Shown: positions 1-10,547 of the stretch, in pieces
Layout of the letters: every line of letters starts with the position of its first letter
Numbering within the stretch: the first letter of the stretch is position 1
DNA from: an uncultured Gammaproteobacteria bacterium
GTDB taxonomy: Bacteria; Pseudomonadota; Gammaproteobacteria; UBA9214
Direction of reading: 5' to 3'
DNA: 64,000 nucleotides
Assembly: GCA_963773065.1 (NCBI GenBank)
Contig: CAVYZN010000008.1
Coordinates: 1 to 64,000 of the forward strand
The notes under the pieces: model-generated
What the model saw: only the letters and a program-made list of their open reading frames with translations
What the model was told of the DNA's origin: nothing
Database searches by the model: none
Program-made: the position numbers and the translations under genes

Positions 1-550
1 CAGCAGCCTCTATTTTCATTTCTGGGGCGGCCTGTTGCATGCGGGATTCGAGGAGCGCGAATATGGCAACGACTTCGCGGAATGGGTGCGGCATAGCCTG
101 CACGATGCGGTCCTCGCCGAACGCCTGGGGGTTATCGATCCGTCCGACTTCGATAATCTGGAGCTCATGCGCCAGAGTCTCGTCGATATCATCGAGGAAA
201 GACTGGATGACATCGAGGTGCTGACCTGGGTGCCGGTGGACCGGCAATATCAGTTCATCCGCTCCCAGATCGTGGTGTTCAACACCGACCGTTCGGCGCA
301 GACCCCTGAGCAGCTCGCCGACATCATCCCGAGCCTGCCGGCGAGCAGTGTCTTCTATCACTTCATCGATGCACGCCAGCGTCTGCCGGATACGGAGGAC
401 GATTTTCGCGCCTGGTTGTCGGCTTGGGATGATCGCTATGGAGACCTGCGGCGGCAACTGGCCGCGATTGATCCCTATTTCACCACCCTCTACGAGCTGA
501 GGAATCAGGTGGCCCGTGCCTTTGCCGGCTTGACGGGAGTCGGGGTCTGA
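1..550 (+). CDS. DUF5752-family protein (5'-partial), TreT-associated
   Basis: Frame is open from the window start (SSLYFHFWGGLL...YGNDFAEWV...SVFYHFIDAR...DDFRAWL). Duplicated FYHF/NDF motifs; stop overlaps the treT start. Confidence 0.7.
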   Translation, partial: SSLYFHFWGGLLHAGFEEREYGNDFAEWVRHSLHDAVLAERLGVIDPSDFDNLELMRQSLVDIIEERLDDIEVLTWVPVDRQYQFIRSQIVVFNTDRSAQTPEQLADIIPSLPASSVFYHFIDARQRLPDTEDDFRAWLSAWDDRYGDLRRQLAAIDPYFTTLYELRNQVARAFAGLTGVGV

Positions 551-1791
551 TGCCGGCTCTGCTCGAAGCCTACGCGGAGGTGGCCGGGACCGATATCATC
601 GGTCATCTGCAGCAGTTGGCCGCGACCCTGCGCGGCATAACGGTCGTGCACGTCAATTCCACGCGGGTCGGCGGCGGCGTCGCCGAAATCCTGGAAAAAC
701 TGGTCCCGCTGATGCGGGAGCTAGGGATAGACGCCCGTTGGGAAGTGCTTGCCGGCGAGGGTGAATTCTATGAATGCACCAAGGGCTTCCACAATGCCTT
801 GCAGGGCAACCGTGTGGTGATTCCCGCTCACCTATTGCAGGCTTACGAGCGGATCAATGAGCGCAACGCCGAGCAGTTGCGACCGATCCTCGAACCGGCG
901 GATGTCGTGTTCATCCATGACCCCCAGCCCGCACCCTTGCTGCGTCTGTGCCCCGATCGCAAGGGCAAATGGGTATGGCGCTGCCACATCGATATCAGTC
1001 GCCCGGATCGCCGCGTCTGGCAGTATCTGCGGCGTTTCGTGGCCGACTACGATGCGAGCATCTTTTCACTGGCGTCGTTCGCGCAGGCACTTCCCCACCC
1101 GGAATACCTGATACCACCCAGCATCGATCCCTTGAGTGACAAAAACCGCGAGCTCGGGTACCGCCGAGATCGACGCCGTCTGCGCCCGATTCGGACTGGA
1201 TCGCCAGCGGCCGCTGATTCTGCAGGTTTCCCGCTTCGACCGTTTCAAGGACCCGGTCGGCGTGATCCGCGCCTACCAGCTTGCCAAGCCGTTCGTTCCC
1301 GCGCTGCAGCTCGTGCTGGCCGGCGGCACCGCCACGGACGACCCGGAGGGCGAGGCTGTCTACCGCGAAGTCCAGGCGGCGGCCGGGGGGATCCGGATAT
1401 CCATCTGCTCCTGCTGCCCCCCGATGCCCACCGCACCATCAATGCCCTGCAACGGGCGGCGGACATCGTCCTGCAGAAATCCCAGCGGGAAGGCTTCGGT
1501 CTGACCGTGACGGAAGCGTTATGGAAGGGCAAACCGGTAGTCGCGGGCGATACCGGCGGGATACGCCTGCAGGTGATCGACCACCACACCGGATTTCTCG
1601 TCAGCACGCCGGAGGGTGCCGCGCTGCGGATTCGCTATCTGCTGCATCGGCCCGAACGGTTAAGGCAGATGGGAGAGAAGGGGCAGGCGTTCGTGCGGGA
1701 GAATTTTCTTCTGACCCGGCAGGTGCGGGAGTATCTCACCGTCATGGTCGCGCTGGCGCATGGAGCGAAAGACCGTATTGATCTCGGCTAG
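550..1791 (+). CDS. treT: Trehalose glycosyltransferring synthase TreT (GT4); compensating frameshifts near 1160 and 1390
   Basis: HVNSTRVGGGVAEIL, IHDPQP, WRCHID, PSIDPLSDKN and EGFGLTVTEALWKG motifs. The conserved QVSRFDRFKDPVGVI...DDPEG segment lies in the alternate frame (ORF 1136-1504). Confidence 0.85.
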   Translation: MPALLEAYAEVAGTDIIGHLQQLAATLRGITVVHVNSTRVGGGVAEILEKLVPLMRELGIDARWEVLAGEGEFYECTKGFHNALQGNRVVIPAHLLQAYERINERNAEQLRPILEPADVVFIHDPQPAPLLRLCPDRKGKWVWRCHIDISRPDRRVWQYLRRFVADYDASIFSLASFAQALPHPEYLIPPSIDPLSDKNRELGYRRDRRRLRPIRTGSPAAADSAGFPLRPFQGPGRRDPRLPACQAVRSRAAARAGRRHRHGRPGGRGCLPRSPGGGRGDPDIHLLLLPPDAHRTINALQRAADIVLQKSQREGFGLTVTEALWKGKPVVAGDTGGIRLQVIDHHTGFLVSTPEGAALRIRYLLHRPERLRQMGEKGQAFVRENFLLTRQVREYLTVMVALAHGAKDRIDLG

Positions 1792-1841
1792 CACGGATAC
1801 GCCGTTTCGACGCGAATTTCACGGGAGAGAAGGCAGGCCGC

Positions 1842-3697
1842 ATGAAACGCAGACATGCCATGCCTTTCGGTGCGGAGATACAATCCGACGGGCGGGTGCG
1901 CTTCCGCCTGTGGGCGCCGCGCTTGCGCGAGGTCGAGCTGTGCCTGTGCGGTGGCGCCGACGAGGCGCGATTGCGGATGGCGGTCGAGGACGACGGCTGG
2001 TTCGGCATGGTTACCGGCTTCGCCGCCGCCGGCACGCTCTATGCCTACCGCATCGACGGCGGCCAGCACGTCCCGGATCCGGCCTCGCGCTATCAACCCG
2101 ATGATGTGCACGGTCCCAGCCAGGTCGTCGATCCCGAACGCTTCGACTGGCAGGATGGCCACTGGCGTGGAAGGCCATGGGAAGAGGCCGTCATTTACGA
2201 GATGCATACCGGAGCCGGCAGCGAGCAAGGCGACTTCAACGGGGTCGCGGCACGACTCGACTATCTCGTGGACCTGGGCGTCACCGTGCTCGAGCTGATG
2301 CCGCTGGCGGACTTCCCCGGGCGCCGCAACTGGGGATACGACGGTGTGCTGCCGTTTGCGCCGGATTCAAGCTACGGCCGGCCCGAGGAACTGAAGGCTC
2401 TGGTGCAGGCCGCACACGCACGCGGCCTGATGGTGTTGCTGGATGTCGTCTACAATCATTTCGGGCCCGACGGCAATTATCTGCACCTCTATGCGCCCGC
2501 GTTCTTCAGCACACGCCACGCCACGCCGTGGGGTGCGGGCATCAACTTCGATGGCGAGGCGAGCCATACCGTGCGGGAATTCTTTATCCACAATGCACTC
2601 TACTGGCTGGAGGAATACCATCTCGATGGCCTGCGTCTCGATGCGGTACACGCGATTGCAGACGAGGCAAGCCCCGACATCCTCATCGAACTCGCCGAAC
2701 GGGTCCACGAAGGACCCGGCCGGGAGCGGACGATACATCTGGTGCTGGAAAACGATAATAACGCATCGCGCTACCTGGAACGGCGAACCGACGGCAGGCC
2801 ACGCTGGTATCAGGCGCAATGGGACGACGATGTCCATCACGCCCTGCATGTCTTGCTAACCGGCGAGAGCGACGGGTATTACCAGGACTATGTCGATCGT
2901 CCTGCCTGGTACGCCGGCCGCGCTCTCACCGAAGGCTTCGCCTACCAGGGCGAACCCTCGCGCTACCGTGACGGCAGGCGCCGTGGCGAACCGAGCGCCG
3001 GGCTCCCGCCCACGGCCTTTGTTTCCTTCTTCCAAAACCACGACCAGGTCGGCAATCGCGCCTTCGGCGAACGCATCGACGCGCTCGCCCCGCCCGAGGC
3101 GGTGCGCGCGGCCGCCGTGGTACGGCTGCTCTCGCCCGCCCCGCCGTTGCTCTTCATGGGCGAAGAGTTCGCGGCGGCCACCCCGTTTCTGTATTTCTGC
3201 GACTTCGCGGGCGAACTGGCGCAGGCGGTAAGCGACGGCCGGCGGGCGGAGTTTGCCCGCTTCGAACGCCTTGGCGATCGGCACTCGCGGCGGCGCCTGC
3301 CGGATCCCAATGATCCTGAGACCTTTGCGTGCAGCAAGCTGGACTGGGACAGCCGGCGGTGCGGCGAACATGCCTTGCGCCTGGCGCTGTACCGGGAACT
3401 GCTGCGCCTGCGACGGGAAAAGGTCGTGCCGCGCCTGCGCGGCGTCGCGGGCAGGAAGGAGGAGGGGGGCACACGGCGGAATTCCGGGTACTCGGCGACA
3501 CGGGATTCCACGTATCCTGGCGTCTGGCGGACGGATCCCTACTGCAACTGGTGGCCAACCTCGGCAAGCGCCCGCTTACCGTGCCGGATTGGGAACCGCC
3601 CTGCGGTGATATCCTCTATGTGCTACCCGCGGAACTCTCCGAAGCACTGGCGGCTAACATCCTGCCGCCGTGGTCGGTTGGAGTTTTCCTGGGATAA
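1842..3697 (+). CDS. treZ: Malto-oligosyltrehalose trehalohydrolase (GH13); frameshift near 3465
   Basis: FRLWAP, PDPASRYQPDDVHGPS, RNWGYDGV, DVVYNHFGPDGN, GLRLDAVH and QNHDQVGNRAFGER motifs. The C-terminal beta domain (VSWRLADGSLLQLVANLG) is in the frame ending at 3697. Confidence 0.9.
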
Positions 3698-3720
3698 CGC
3701 CCGGTCACCGACCTGATGCC

Positions 3721-6700
3721 ATGGCGAATCCCGACCTCGACCTCCTGTGCAAGCGCCTCGGCATCGCCGCCGACTACACCGACATCTGGGGCGCGACGCA
3801 CCCGGCGTCCGATGCCACGCGGCGCGCCCTGTTACAGGCCATGGGTGTGGAGGCGGCCACAGAGGATGCCGCCAGGCAGACGCTCGAGACCCTTGAATCG
3901 GCGCGCTGGCGGCGTCACCTGCCGCCCGTGCGGGTAGCGCGCGGCGACCTGGGGCTGGTAGCGATCGACATCATGCTGCCGGCCGCCCGGGCGCAACAGT
4001 CCCTGCGCTGGCTCCTGATTCCGGAAAGCGGGGAACACCGAGATGGCGCGCTGCACCCTGCAGAGTTCGAGGTGCAGGAGCGGCGTGAGATTGACGGCGA
4101 GACCTGGGTGCGCTGCACCTTTTCCCTATCCGACTTGCCTCCCGCCGGCTATCACCGATTCGAGATCCAGGGTGAGAACCTCACCGCCGCGATGCCTCTC
4201 ATCGTTGCACCCGATCGGTGTTACCAACCCGAGGCGGTCACCAACGACAATCGGGCATGGGGATTCACCGGGCCATTGTTTTGCGTGCGCTCACGGCGCA
4301 ACTGGGGCATCGGAGATTTCACCGACCTCACCCGCCTGCTGGAATTCGCGTCGCGCGAAGGCGCCGGCATCGTCGGCGTGAACCCGCTGCACGCGTTGTT
4401 CCCGCACGCGCCGGATCGTGCCAGCCCGTACAGTCCTTCGAGCCGCCTGTTTCTGAATGTCCTCTATCTCGATGTGGAGGCGGTCGCCGAGTTCGCCGAA
4501 AATCCCACCGCCCGGGAGCTGGTGGAGAGCGAATCTTTCAAGGCGCGGCTGCGCGCCCTGCGCGCAGCCGAACTGGTTGATTATCCGGGTGTCGCCGCCG
4601 CCAAGCGTGAAGTGTTGGAACACCTTTACCGGCACTTCCACGATCGGCACCTGGCGCAGGGGAGCCGGCGTGCACACTGCTTTCGCGCCTGGCAGCGCGA
4701 GCAGGGTGAAGCGCTCCATCGCCATGCACTCTACGAAACATTGCAGGAACGATTTCACCGGGAGGACCCGCGGACCTGGGGCTGGCCCCTGTGGCCGGAG
4801 GCCTTCCGCGATCCGGCCTCCCCGGCGGTGACGGCCTTCGCCGAGGCAAACCGCGAGCGGGTGGAGTTCTTCCAGTATGTGCAATGGCTCGCGGAGCAGC
4901 AGCTCGACGCAGTGGGCCGGCGGGCGCTCGAGCTGCGCCTGGGAGTAGGTCTGTGCGGGGACCTGGCCATCGGCGCCGATGCCGGCGGCGCCGAGGTCTG
5001 GGCCAATCAGACGTTGTACGGCGCCGGGGCGCGCATCGGCGCGCCACCCGATGATTTCAATCTGAGGGGACAGAACTGGGGACTGCCGCCCTGGATCCCG
5101 CACCGCCTGCGCGAGGCGGCCTACGCGCCCTTCATCGCGCTGCTGCGGCGAAACATGCGCGCCGCCGGGGCGCTGCGCATCGATCATGTGATGGCGCTGC
5201 TGCGCCTCTACTGGATACCCGAGGGCAGCGCGCCCGAGGCAGGCACCTATGTGCACTACCCGCTGGATGATCTGCTCGGCATCCTGGCGCTTGAGAGCCA
5301 GCGCAACCGTTGCCTGATGATCGGCGAGGATTTGGGCACGGTGCCGGATGCGGTCCGCGACGCCCTGCGCGAGATGGGTGTGCTGGCGTATCGGCTGTTG
5401 TACTTCGAGAAGGACGCTGCCGGGAATTTCAAGGCGCCGCCAACCTATGAAAAACAGGCCGTGGTAATGGCCAGCACGCATGATCTCCCCACCCTCGCCG
5501 GCTTCTGGGCCGGCACGGATCTGGAGCAACGGCAACGGCTCGGCCTGTTCCCGTCGGCCGAGCACTATGCGCAACAGGTCATCGGGCGCTCCGAAGACCG
5601 CGCCCGTCTGCTGTTCGCCTTGCAACACGAGGGGCTCCTGCCCGAAGGGATGAGCGCCGACCCGGTCTCGGTGCCCGAGCTGACCCCGGCGCTCGCGCGG
5701 GCCATACACGGCTATCTGGCGCGTACGCCGGCGCGCCTGCTGATGATCCAGCCGCAGGACCTGCTGGGAGAGAAGGAGCAGGTGAATCTGCCCGGCACCA
5801 CGAACGAGCATCCCAACTGGCGGCGCAGGCTCTCGCGGGAAATCGAGCTATGGGGTGAAGACCCCGGCATCGCATCGCTGCTGGAGGCATTGCGGGCCGA
5901 GCGCGGCGTGAGCCTCGCCCCCCCGCCGCAACCCGCCCGTGAGACGCCTCTTCTGGCTGGCGAAGTGGAGATCCCCCGCGCCACCTACCGCCTGCAACTG
6001 CACCGGGGATACACCTTCGCCGACGCCACGGCACTGGTGCCCTACCTCGCCGAACTGGGCATCAGCCACTGCTACTGTTCCCCCTATCTCAAGGCGCGGC
6101 CGGGCAGTCTGCACGGCTACGACATCATCGACCACGGTACGTTCAACCCGGAGATCGGGACAAGGGAAGACTTCGAGCGTTTCGCCGCGGCACTTGCGGC
6201 GCACCACATGGGCCACATCCTCGATATGGTGCCCAATCACATGGGCGTCATGGGGCGTGACAACAAATGGTGGCTCGATGTGCTGGAAAACGGCCCCGCC
6301 TCGCGCTACGCCGACTTCTTCGACATCGACTGGTCGCCGTTGAAACCCGCGCTGCACGACAAGGTGCTGCTGCCCGTACTCGGCGACCATTTCGGTAACG
6401 TGGTGGACCGGCGGGAACTGACGCTGGCATACGCGCCGGAAACGGGCGCTTTTTCGGTGGATTACCACGAGCACCGCTTTCCCGTCGATCCGCGGGAGTA
6501 TCCCCTCATCTTGGGACTGCGCCTGGACAGCCTGGTGGCGCGACTCCCGGCCGACAGCCCATCGATCGTGCAATTCCAGAGCCTCATCACGGCCTTTGGC
6601 AACCTGCCGCCGCGCGGCGACCGCTCGGAAAACGCCGTCACCGAACGCAGCCGCGACAAGGAGCTGCTCAAGCAGCGCCTGGCCGCCCTGGTCAATCAGG

Positions 6701-8904
6701 ACGCCGACATCAACTGGTACCTGCAGGAGCTGTTGCGTGAATTCAACGGTACGCAGGACTACCCGGCGAACACTACGCTCATGCACGCACTGCTGGAGTC
6801 CCAGGCGTACCGGCTGGCCTACTGGCGCGTCGCCTCGGATGAGATCAATTACCGGCGGTTCTTCGATATCAATGAGCTCGCCTCCCTGCGCATGGAAAAC
6901 CCGCAAGTCTTCGAAGCTACCCACGCCCTGGTCATGGCGCTCATCGCGGAGGGAAAACTCCAGGGGCTGCGCATCGACCACCCCGACGGATTGTACGACC
7001 CCGCCCAGTATTTGGCGCGCCTGCAGGAGCGCATCGGGGCACCGTTGCCGGCCGACGGCGACAGTCACCAGGAAGCCGGCGAGCGTCTGCCCTTATACGT
7101 CATCGTGGAGAAGATCCTGAGTCGTGGAGAACAACTCCCCCCGGACTGGCCCGTTTATGGCACCACCGGGTATGAATTCGCGTCCCTGTGCACCGGTCTC
7201 TTCGTCAACGCCGCGGCGGCGATTACGATGGAGCGTATCTACGCGGATTTCGTCGGCGAGCGCATGGATCTGGAAGAAACCCGCTACCAATCCAAGAAGC
7301 TGATCATGAAAGCCGCGCTGGCGAGCGAGCTCAACGTGCTGGCGAACCGGCTCAACCGCATCGCCGAGGCGGACCCGCACACGCGTGACTACACCATCAA
7401 TAACCTGCGCTTCGCGCTGCTGGAGACCGTGGCCTGCTTCTCGGTCTACCGCACCTACATCACGCCCGACGGGCGTTCCGTGGCCGACACCGCCCGCATC
7501 GAACAAGCGATCGCCTGCGCCAGAAAACACAGCCGCGCGGCCGACCTCACGGTATTCGAGTTCCTGCGCGAGGTCCTGCTGACGACGATCGCCGAAGGCA
7601 AGATGGAACCGTTCCGCAACCAGGTCACGCGGCTCGCCATGCAACTGCAGCAATACACCGCGCCGGTGATGGCCAAGGGCATGGAGGACACCGCCTATTA
7701 CCTCTATAACCGCCTGGTCTGCCTGAACGAGGTCGGCGGCGAACCGGAGCATTTTGGCGTGTCGGTGGCCGAGTTCCACCGCGCCAATGCGCGGCGCCAG
7801 GCACGCTGGCCGCACGGCATGATCTGCACCTCGACCCACGACAGCAAACGCGCCGAAGACGTGCGCCTGCGGATCGCCGTGCTGTCGGAGATTCCGGAGC
7901 TATGGGAGCGCAACGTCCGCGCCTGGGCGGCGCTGAATAAACCGCACAAACAGCGGGTCAACGGTATACGGCTGCCCGAGCCCAACACCGAGTACCTGCT
8001 CTATCAGACGCTCGTCGGCGCCTGGCCGCTGGAACCGCTGGACGAAGCCGCACTGGCGGGATTCAGCGCGCGCATCCAGGCCTACATGCTCAAGGCAAGC
8101 CGGGAGGCCAAGCGGCACACTTCCTGGATCAACCCGGAGGCGGCGTACGAAGAGGCCTTGCAGGCCTTCGTCGCGGCCCTGCTCGATCCGGCGCGCAATG
8201 GTCGATTCATGCAGGCGTTTCTCCCCTTCAAGGAGCGCGTGGCCCGGGCCGGACTCCTGAACAGCCTGTCGCAGACCCTGCTCAAATTGACCGCACCCGG
8301 TGTGCCGGATATCTACCAAGGCGGCGAACTGTGGGACTTCAGCCTGGTGGATCCGCACAACCGGCGGCCGGTCGACTTCGACAGGCGCCGCGCGCTGCTT
8401 GGCCTGCTGCAACGGGATTTCGGCGCCGCCGACGTCTCGACCGCCAATCTGTGTCATCTGGCGGATGACATGTCAGACGGCCACATAAAGCTCTATCTGA
8501 TCTGGAGGTGTCTGGGGCTGCGCCGCCGGCACCCGGCGCTCTTTCGCAATGGTGCTTATGTGCCTCTGCCAGTGCGCGGCCCGCAGGCTGCGCAGGTGTG
8601 CGCCTTCGCGCGGCATCATGCGCCCACGGCGCTCATCACGGCCGTCCCGCGCCTGCTCGCGCGACACATGGACAACGGCAAACCGTTTCCACCGGCGGTC
8701 TCGTTCTGGGATGGCACCAGCATCGAGATCCCCGCCGCGTTCGATTCCCCTGCCTATGTCAACCTGTTAACGGGCGAGGTCTTGCGGCGGACGTCGCAGA
8801 CTGATCACTGGCGGCTGCCCGCAAGCGACTTGTTCGCGCACTTCCCGGTCGCACTGCTATGCACTCACCCGGCCGATATCCACGTCAGCTCCGAGGGCTG
8901 TTAG
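3721..8904 (+). CDS. treY: Fused 4-alpha-glucanotransferase MalQ (GH77) and malto-oligosyltrehalose synthase TreY (GH13)
   Basis: N-half: WGIGDFTDL, SPYSPSSR, GAPPDDF..GQNWG, LRIDH, IGEDLG, STHDLPT, NLPGT. C-half: PRATYRLQ, GSLHGYD, DMVPNHM, INYRRFFDI, GLRIDHPDG, STHDSKR, PGVPDIYQG. One uninterrupted frame. Confidence 0.92.
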   Translation: MANPDLDLLCKRLGIAADYTDIWGATHPASDATRRALLQAMGVEAATEDAARQTLETLESARWRRHLPPVRVARGDLGLVAIDIMLPAARAQQSLRWLLIPESGEHRDGALHPAEFEVQERREIDGETWVRCTFSLSDLPPAGYHRFEIQGENLTAAMPLIVAPDRCYQPEAVTNDNRAWGFTGPLFCVRSRRNWGIGDFTDLTRLLEFASREGAGIVGVNPLHALFPHAPDRASPYSPSSRLFLNVLYLDVEAVAEFAENPTARELVESESFKARLRALRAAELVDYPGVAAAKREVLEHLYRHFHDRHLAQGSRRAHCFRAWQREQGEALHRHALYETLQERFHREDPRTWGWPLWPEAFRDPASPAVTAFAEANRERVEFFQYVQWLAEQQLDAVGRRALELRLGVGLCGDLAIGADAGGAEVWANQTLYGAGARIGAPPDDFNLRGQNWGLPPWIPHRLREAAYAPFIALLRRNMRAAGALRIDHVMALLRLYWIPEGSAPEAGTYVHYPLDDLLGILALESQRNRCLMIGEDLGTVPDAVRDALREMGVLAYRLLYFEKDAAGNFKAPPTYEKQAVVMASTHDLPTLAGFWAGTDLEQRQRLGLFPSAEHYAQQVIGRSEDRARLLFALQHEGLLPEGMSADPVSVPELTPALARAIHGYLARTPARLLMIQPQDLLGEKEQVNLPGTTNEHPNWRRRLSREIELWGEDPGIASLLEALRAERGVSLAPPPQPARETPLLAGEVEIPRATYRLQLHRGYTFADATALVPYLAELGISHCYCSPYLKARPGSLHGYDIIDHGTFNPEIGTREDFERFAAALAAHHMGHILDMVPNHMGVMGRDNKWWLDVLENGPASRYADFFDIDWSPLKPALHDKVLLPVLGDHFGNVVDRRELTLAYAPETGAFSVDYHEHRFPVDPREYPLILGLRLDSLVARLPADSPSIVQFQSLITAFGNLPPRGDRSENAVTERSRDKELLKQRLAALVNQDADINWYLQELLREFNGTQDYPANTTLMHALLESQAYRLAYWRVASDEINYRRFFDINELASLRMENPQVFEATHALVMALIAEGKLQGLRIDHPDGLYDPAQYLARLQERIGAPLPADGDSHQEAGERLPLYVIVEKILSRGEQLPPDWPVYGTTGYEFASLCTGLFVNAAAAITMERIYADFVGERMDLEETRYQSKKLIMKAALASELNVLANRLNRIAEADPHTRDYTINNLRFALLETVACFSVYRTYITPDGRSVADTARIEQAIACARKHSRAADLTVFEFLREVLLTTIAEGKMEPFRNQVTRLAMQLQQYTAPVMAKGMEDTAYYLYNRLVCLNEVGGEPEHFGVSVAEFHRANARRQARWPHGMICTSTHDSKRAEDVRLRIAVLSEIPELWERNVRAWAALNKPHKQRVNGIRLPEPNTEYLLYQTLVGAWPLEPLDEAALAGFSARIQAYMLKASREAKRHTSWINPEAAYEEALQAFVAALLDPARNGRFMQAFLPFKERVARAGLLNSLSQTLLKLTAPGVPDIYQGGELWDFSLVDPHNRRPVDFDRRRALLGLLQRDFGAADVSTANLCHLADDMSDGHIKLYLIWRCLGLRRRHPALFRNGAYVPLPVRGPQAAQVCAFARHHAPTALITAVPRLLARHMDNGKPFPPAVSFWDGTSIEIPAAFDSPAYVNLLTGEVLRRTSQTDHWRLPASDLFAHFPVALLCTHPADIHVSSEGC

Positions 8905-9042
8905 CCCGTCTTTCGCAACACCCGGCGAACCGACGAAGACCTGAATGACTTTTTGATCTTTCACTGTAGTGCAGACCTTTTGGTATCTCAGCCCGGCGCC
9001 GGCCGCAATGGGCACACCAATTACCCTGATCGCCTGTCGTGT

Positions 9043-9339
9043 TCAAGCACTTTCGAGCTTGCGGATGCGCACATCGGTTGACACCAGCAGTTGGCAGGCA
9101 AGGCGTGCGCGCGGATTCCTGGGCGCGTAGATCTCCAGGGCATCGACCTCGGCGCAATCGGGGGCCGGCAACGGCTCATCGGCTTCCACCTCGATCAGAC
9201 AGGTCCCGCACAGGCCGCTGCGGCAGCCGAACAACAACGGCGAGTTCTGCACCGTCAGATGCAGCGACAAGCTGGCCAGATCGGGCAGATCGAGCGGCGC
9301 GAAGCGCGTGCCGGGGAACTCGATGCGGTGCAGCTTCAT
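9043..9339 (-). CDS. 2Fe-2S ferredoxin
   Basis: FGCRSGLCGTC...RLACQ motif. ATG at 9339 overlaps the upstream gene's stop (ATGA). Confidence 0.85.
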   Translation of the reverse strand: MKLHRIEFPGTRFAPLDLPDLASLSLHLTVQNSPLLFGCRSGLCGTCLIEVEADEPLPAPDCAEVDALEIYAPRNPRARLACQLLVSTDVRIRKLESA

Positions 9340-10529
9340 TGCGGCGCGGGGGGTCGAAACCGCGCCAGCGCGCGGCGGTTTTGCCTGAGGTAATGATCGA
9401 GGTTGCTGGCTCGCATCAGACGCATCTCCTTGTTCTGCGCATTGAGGTGCGCGACCCCCTCGATGAAGGCGCAATAGGAGTCGGCGGCAAGGCGGTGCGT
9501 CTCCTCGGCTGCCAGCAAGCCTTCGGATTCCTCCGTGAAACAGGCGGCCAGCATCTGCATCGCCTGGCCGTGGTCCATATCAAACACCCTCGAGCGGAAC
9601 AGTTTGTAGATGACCGGAAAAGTGGCCGGCTCGTACCAGAAAATGCCGTTGACCCCGACCGAGAAGTGGAAATGATCGCGCTGGCAGCCCGCCACGCCTC
9701 GATTGACCAGCCATTTCTCGAATGCGGTCGGTTGCGGCAACGAGCGCGGAACTTCGAGCCCCACCACCCGCGAGGTGTGGAAGTGGAACGACTCGTCGAG
9801 GAAGTGGTACCAACTGATGGCCGAGGGGACGGGCGCATGGGCCTGATCCGGGTGGTTGCGATAGAACTCCCCGAGCCGGTGCTGGATCAGCTTGCCGTTG
9901 AGCGTCCGCAAGCCGCGGATCAGCAGATATTGACTGCCGAGAAACGCATTGCTGGTCGACATCAGCATGAATGCCTGTAACTGCAATCTCCGCCAGAACA
10001 GGCGCGCCGCGCCGGTGTCGGCGAACACCATCGTGTGTGCGTACAGGCTGCGCATCGGATAGGTGAACAGGCGCTCCCCGAAGAGGTGGTGCTCGACCTC
10101 TTCGCCAACCTTCTTGAAGGCGTTGATGTGCGCCCGTTCCTGCTTGGTCTCGACGTCGAGGTTGTCGCAGACCAGGCGGAAGTCTTCGAGGCTGTACATC
10201 CCGGCGCCCGCGATCTGGTTGAGGAGAATCGTGGCGATCTCCGCCGACACGATCTGCGCGTAGTACGCGACCCAGTAGAGCTGATTTAGGATGATGCGTT
10301 GCGCCGCGCTCGCCTGCTGCCAAACCTTGGTCCCCCACAGCAGCGAGAAGTGTTCCGGGTTCCAGTACTCGTCCCGGCAGTCTTCATAGCGGAACGCCGC
10401 CGCGCAGGCGTCGATCTGCGCGGTGTGGTCACGCTCGGCGTTGCGCCGCAGATTCAGCGCCAACTTGCCGCAGGTCGAGGTATCATCGAGCAGCGAGTGG
10501 GTCTGACGCTGGGCGAGGGCTGGGTGCAT
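9336..10529 (-). CDS. CylC/AurF-like dimetal-carboxylate (ferritin-like) enzyme; putative halogenase or oxygenase
   Basis: EYWNPEHFSLLWGT, LNQLYWVAYYAQIVSAEIAT, ETKQERAH (ExxH) and HFLDESFH (DExxH). Resembles cyanobacterial proteins annotated AurF/CylC-like (recognised from memory). Confidence 0.7.
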   Translation of the reverse strand: MHPALAQRQTHSLLDDTSTCGKLALNLRRNAERDHTAQIDACAAAFRYEDCRDEYWNPEHFSLLWGTKVWQQASAAQRIILNQLYWVAYYAQIVSAEIATILLNQIAGAGMYSLEDFRLVCDNLDVETKQERAHINAFKKVGEEVEHHLFGERLFTYPMRSLYAHTMVFADTGAARLFWRRLQLQAFMLMSTSNAFLGSQYLLIRGLRTLNGKLIQHRLGEFYRNHPDQAHAPVPSAISWYHFLDESFHFHTSRVVGLEVPRSLPQPTAFEKWLVNRGVAGCQRDHFHFSVGVNGIFWYEPATFPVIYKLFRSRVFDMDHGQAMQMLAACFTEESEGLLAAEETHRLAADSYCAFIEGVAHLNAQNKEMRLMRASNLDHYLRQNRRALARFRPPAPQ

Positions 10530-10547
10530 GGTGAACCTCCGGCGATT

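Noticed and set aside
4291-7068. Long antisense ORFs (506 and 406 aa); similar ones at 23892-25658, 30084-31307 and 35601-36971
   Set aside because: Shadow ORFs opposite well-supported genes in high-GC DNA, with no recognisable motifs.
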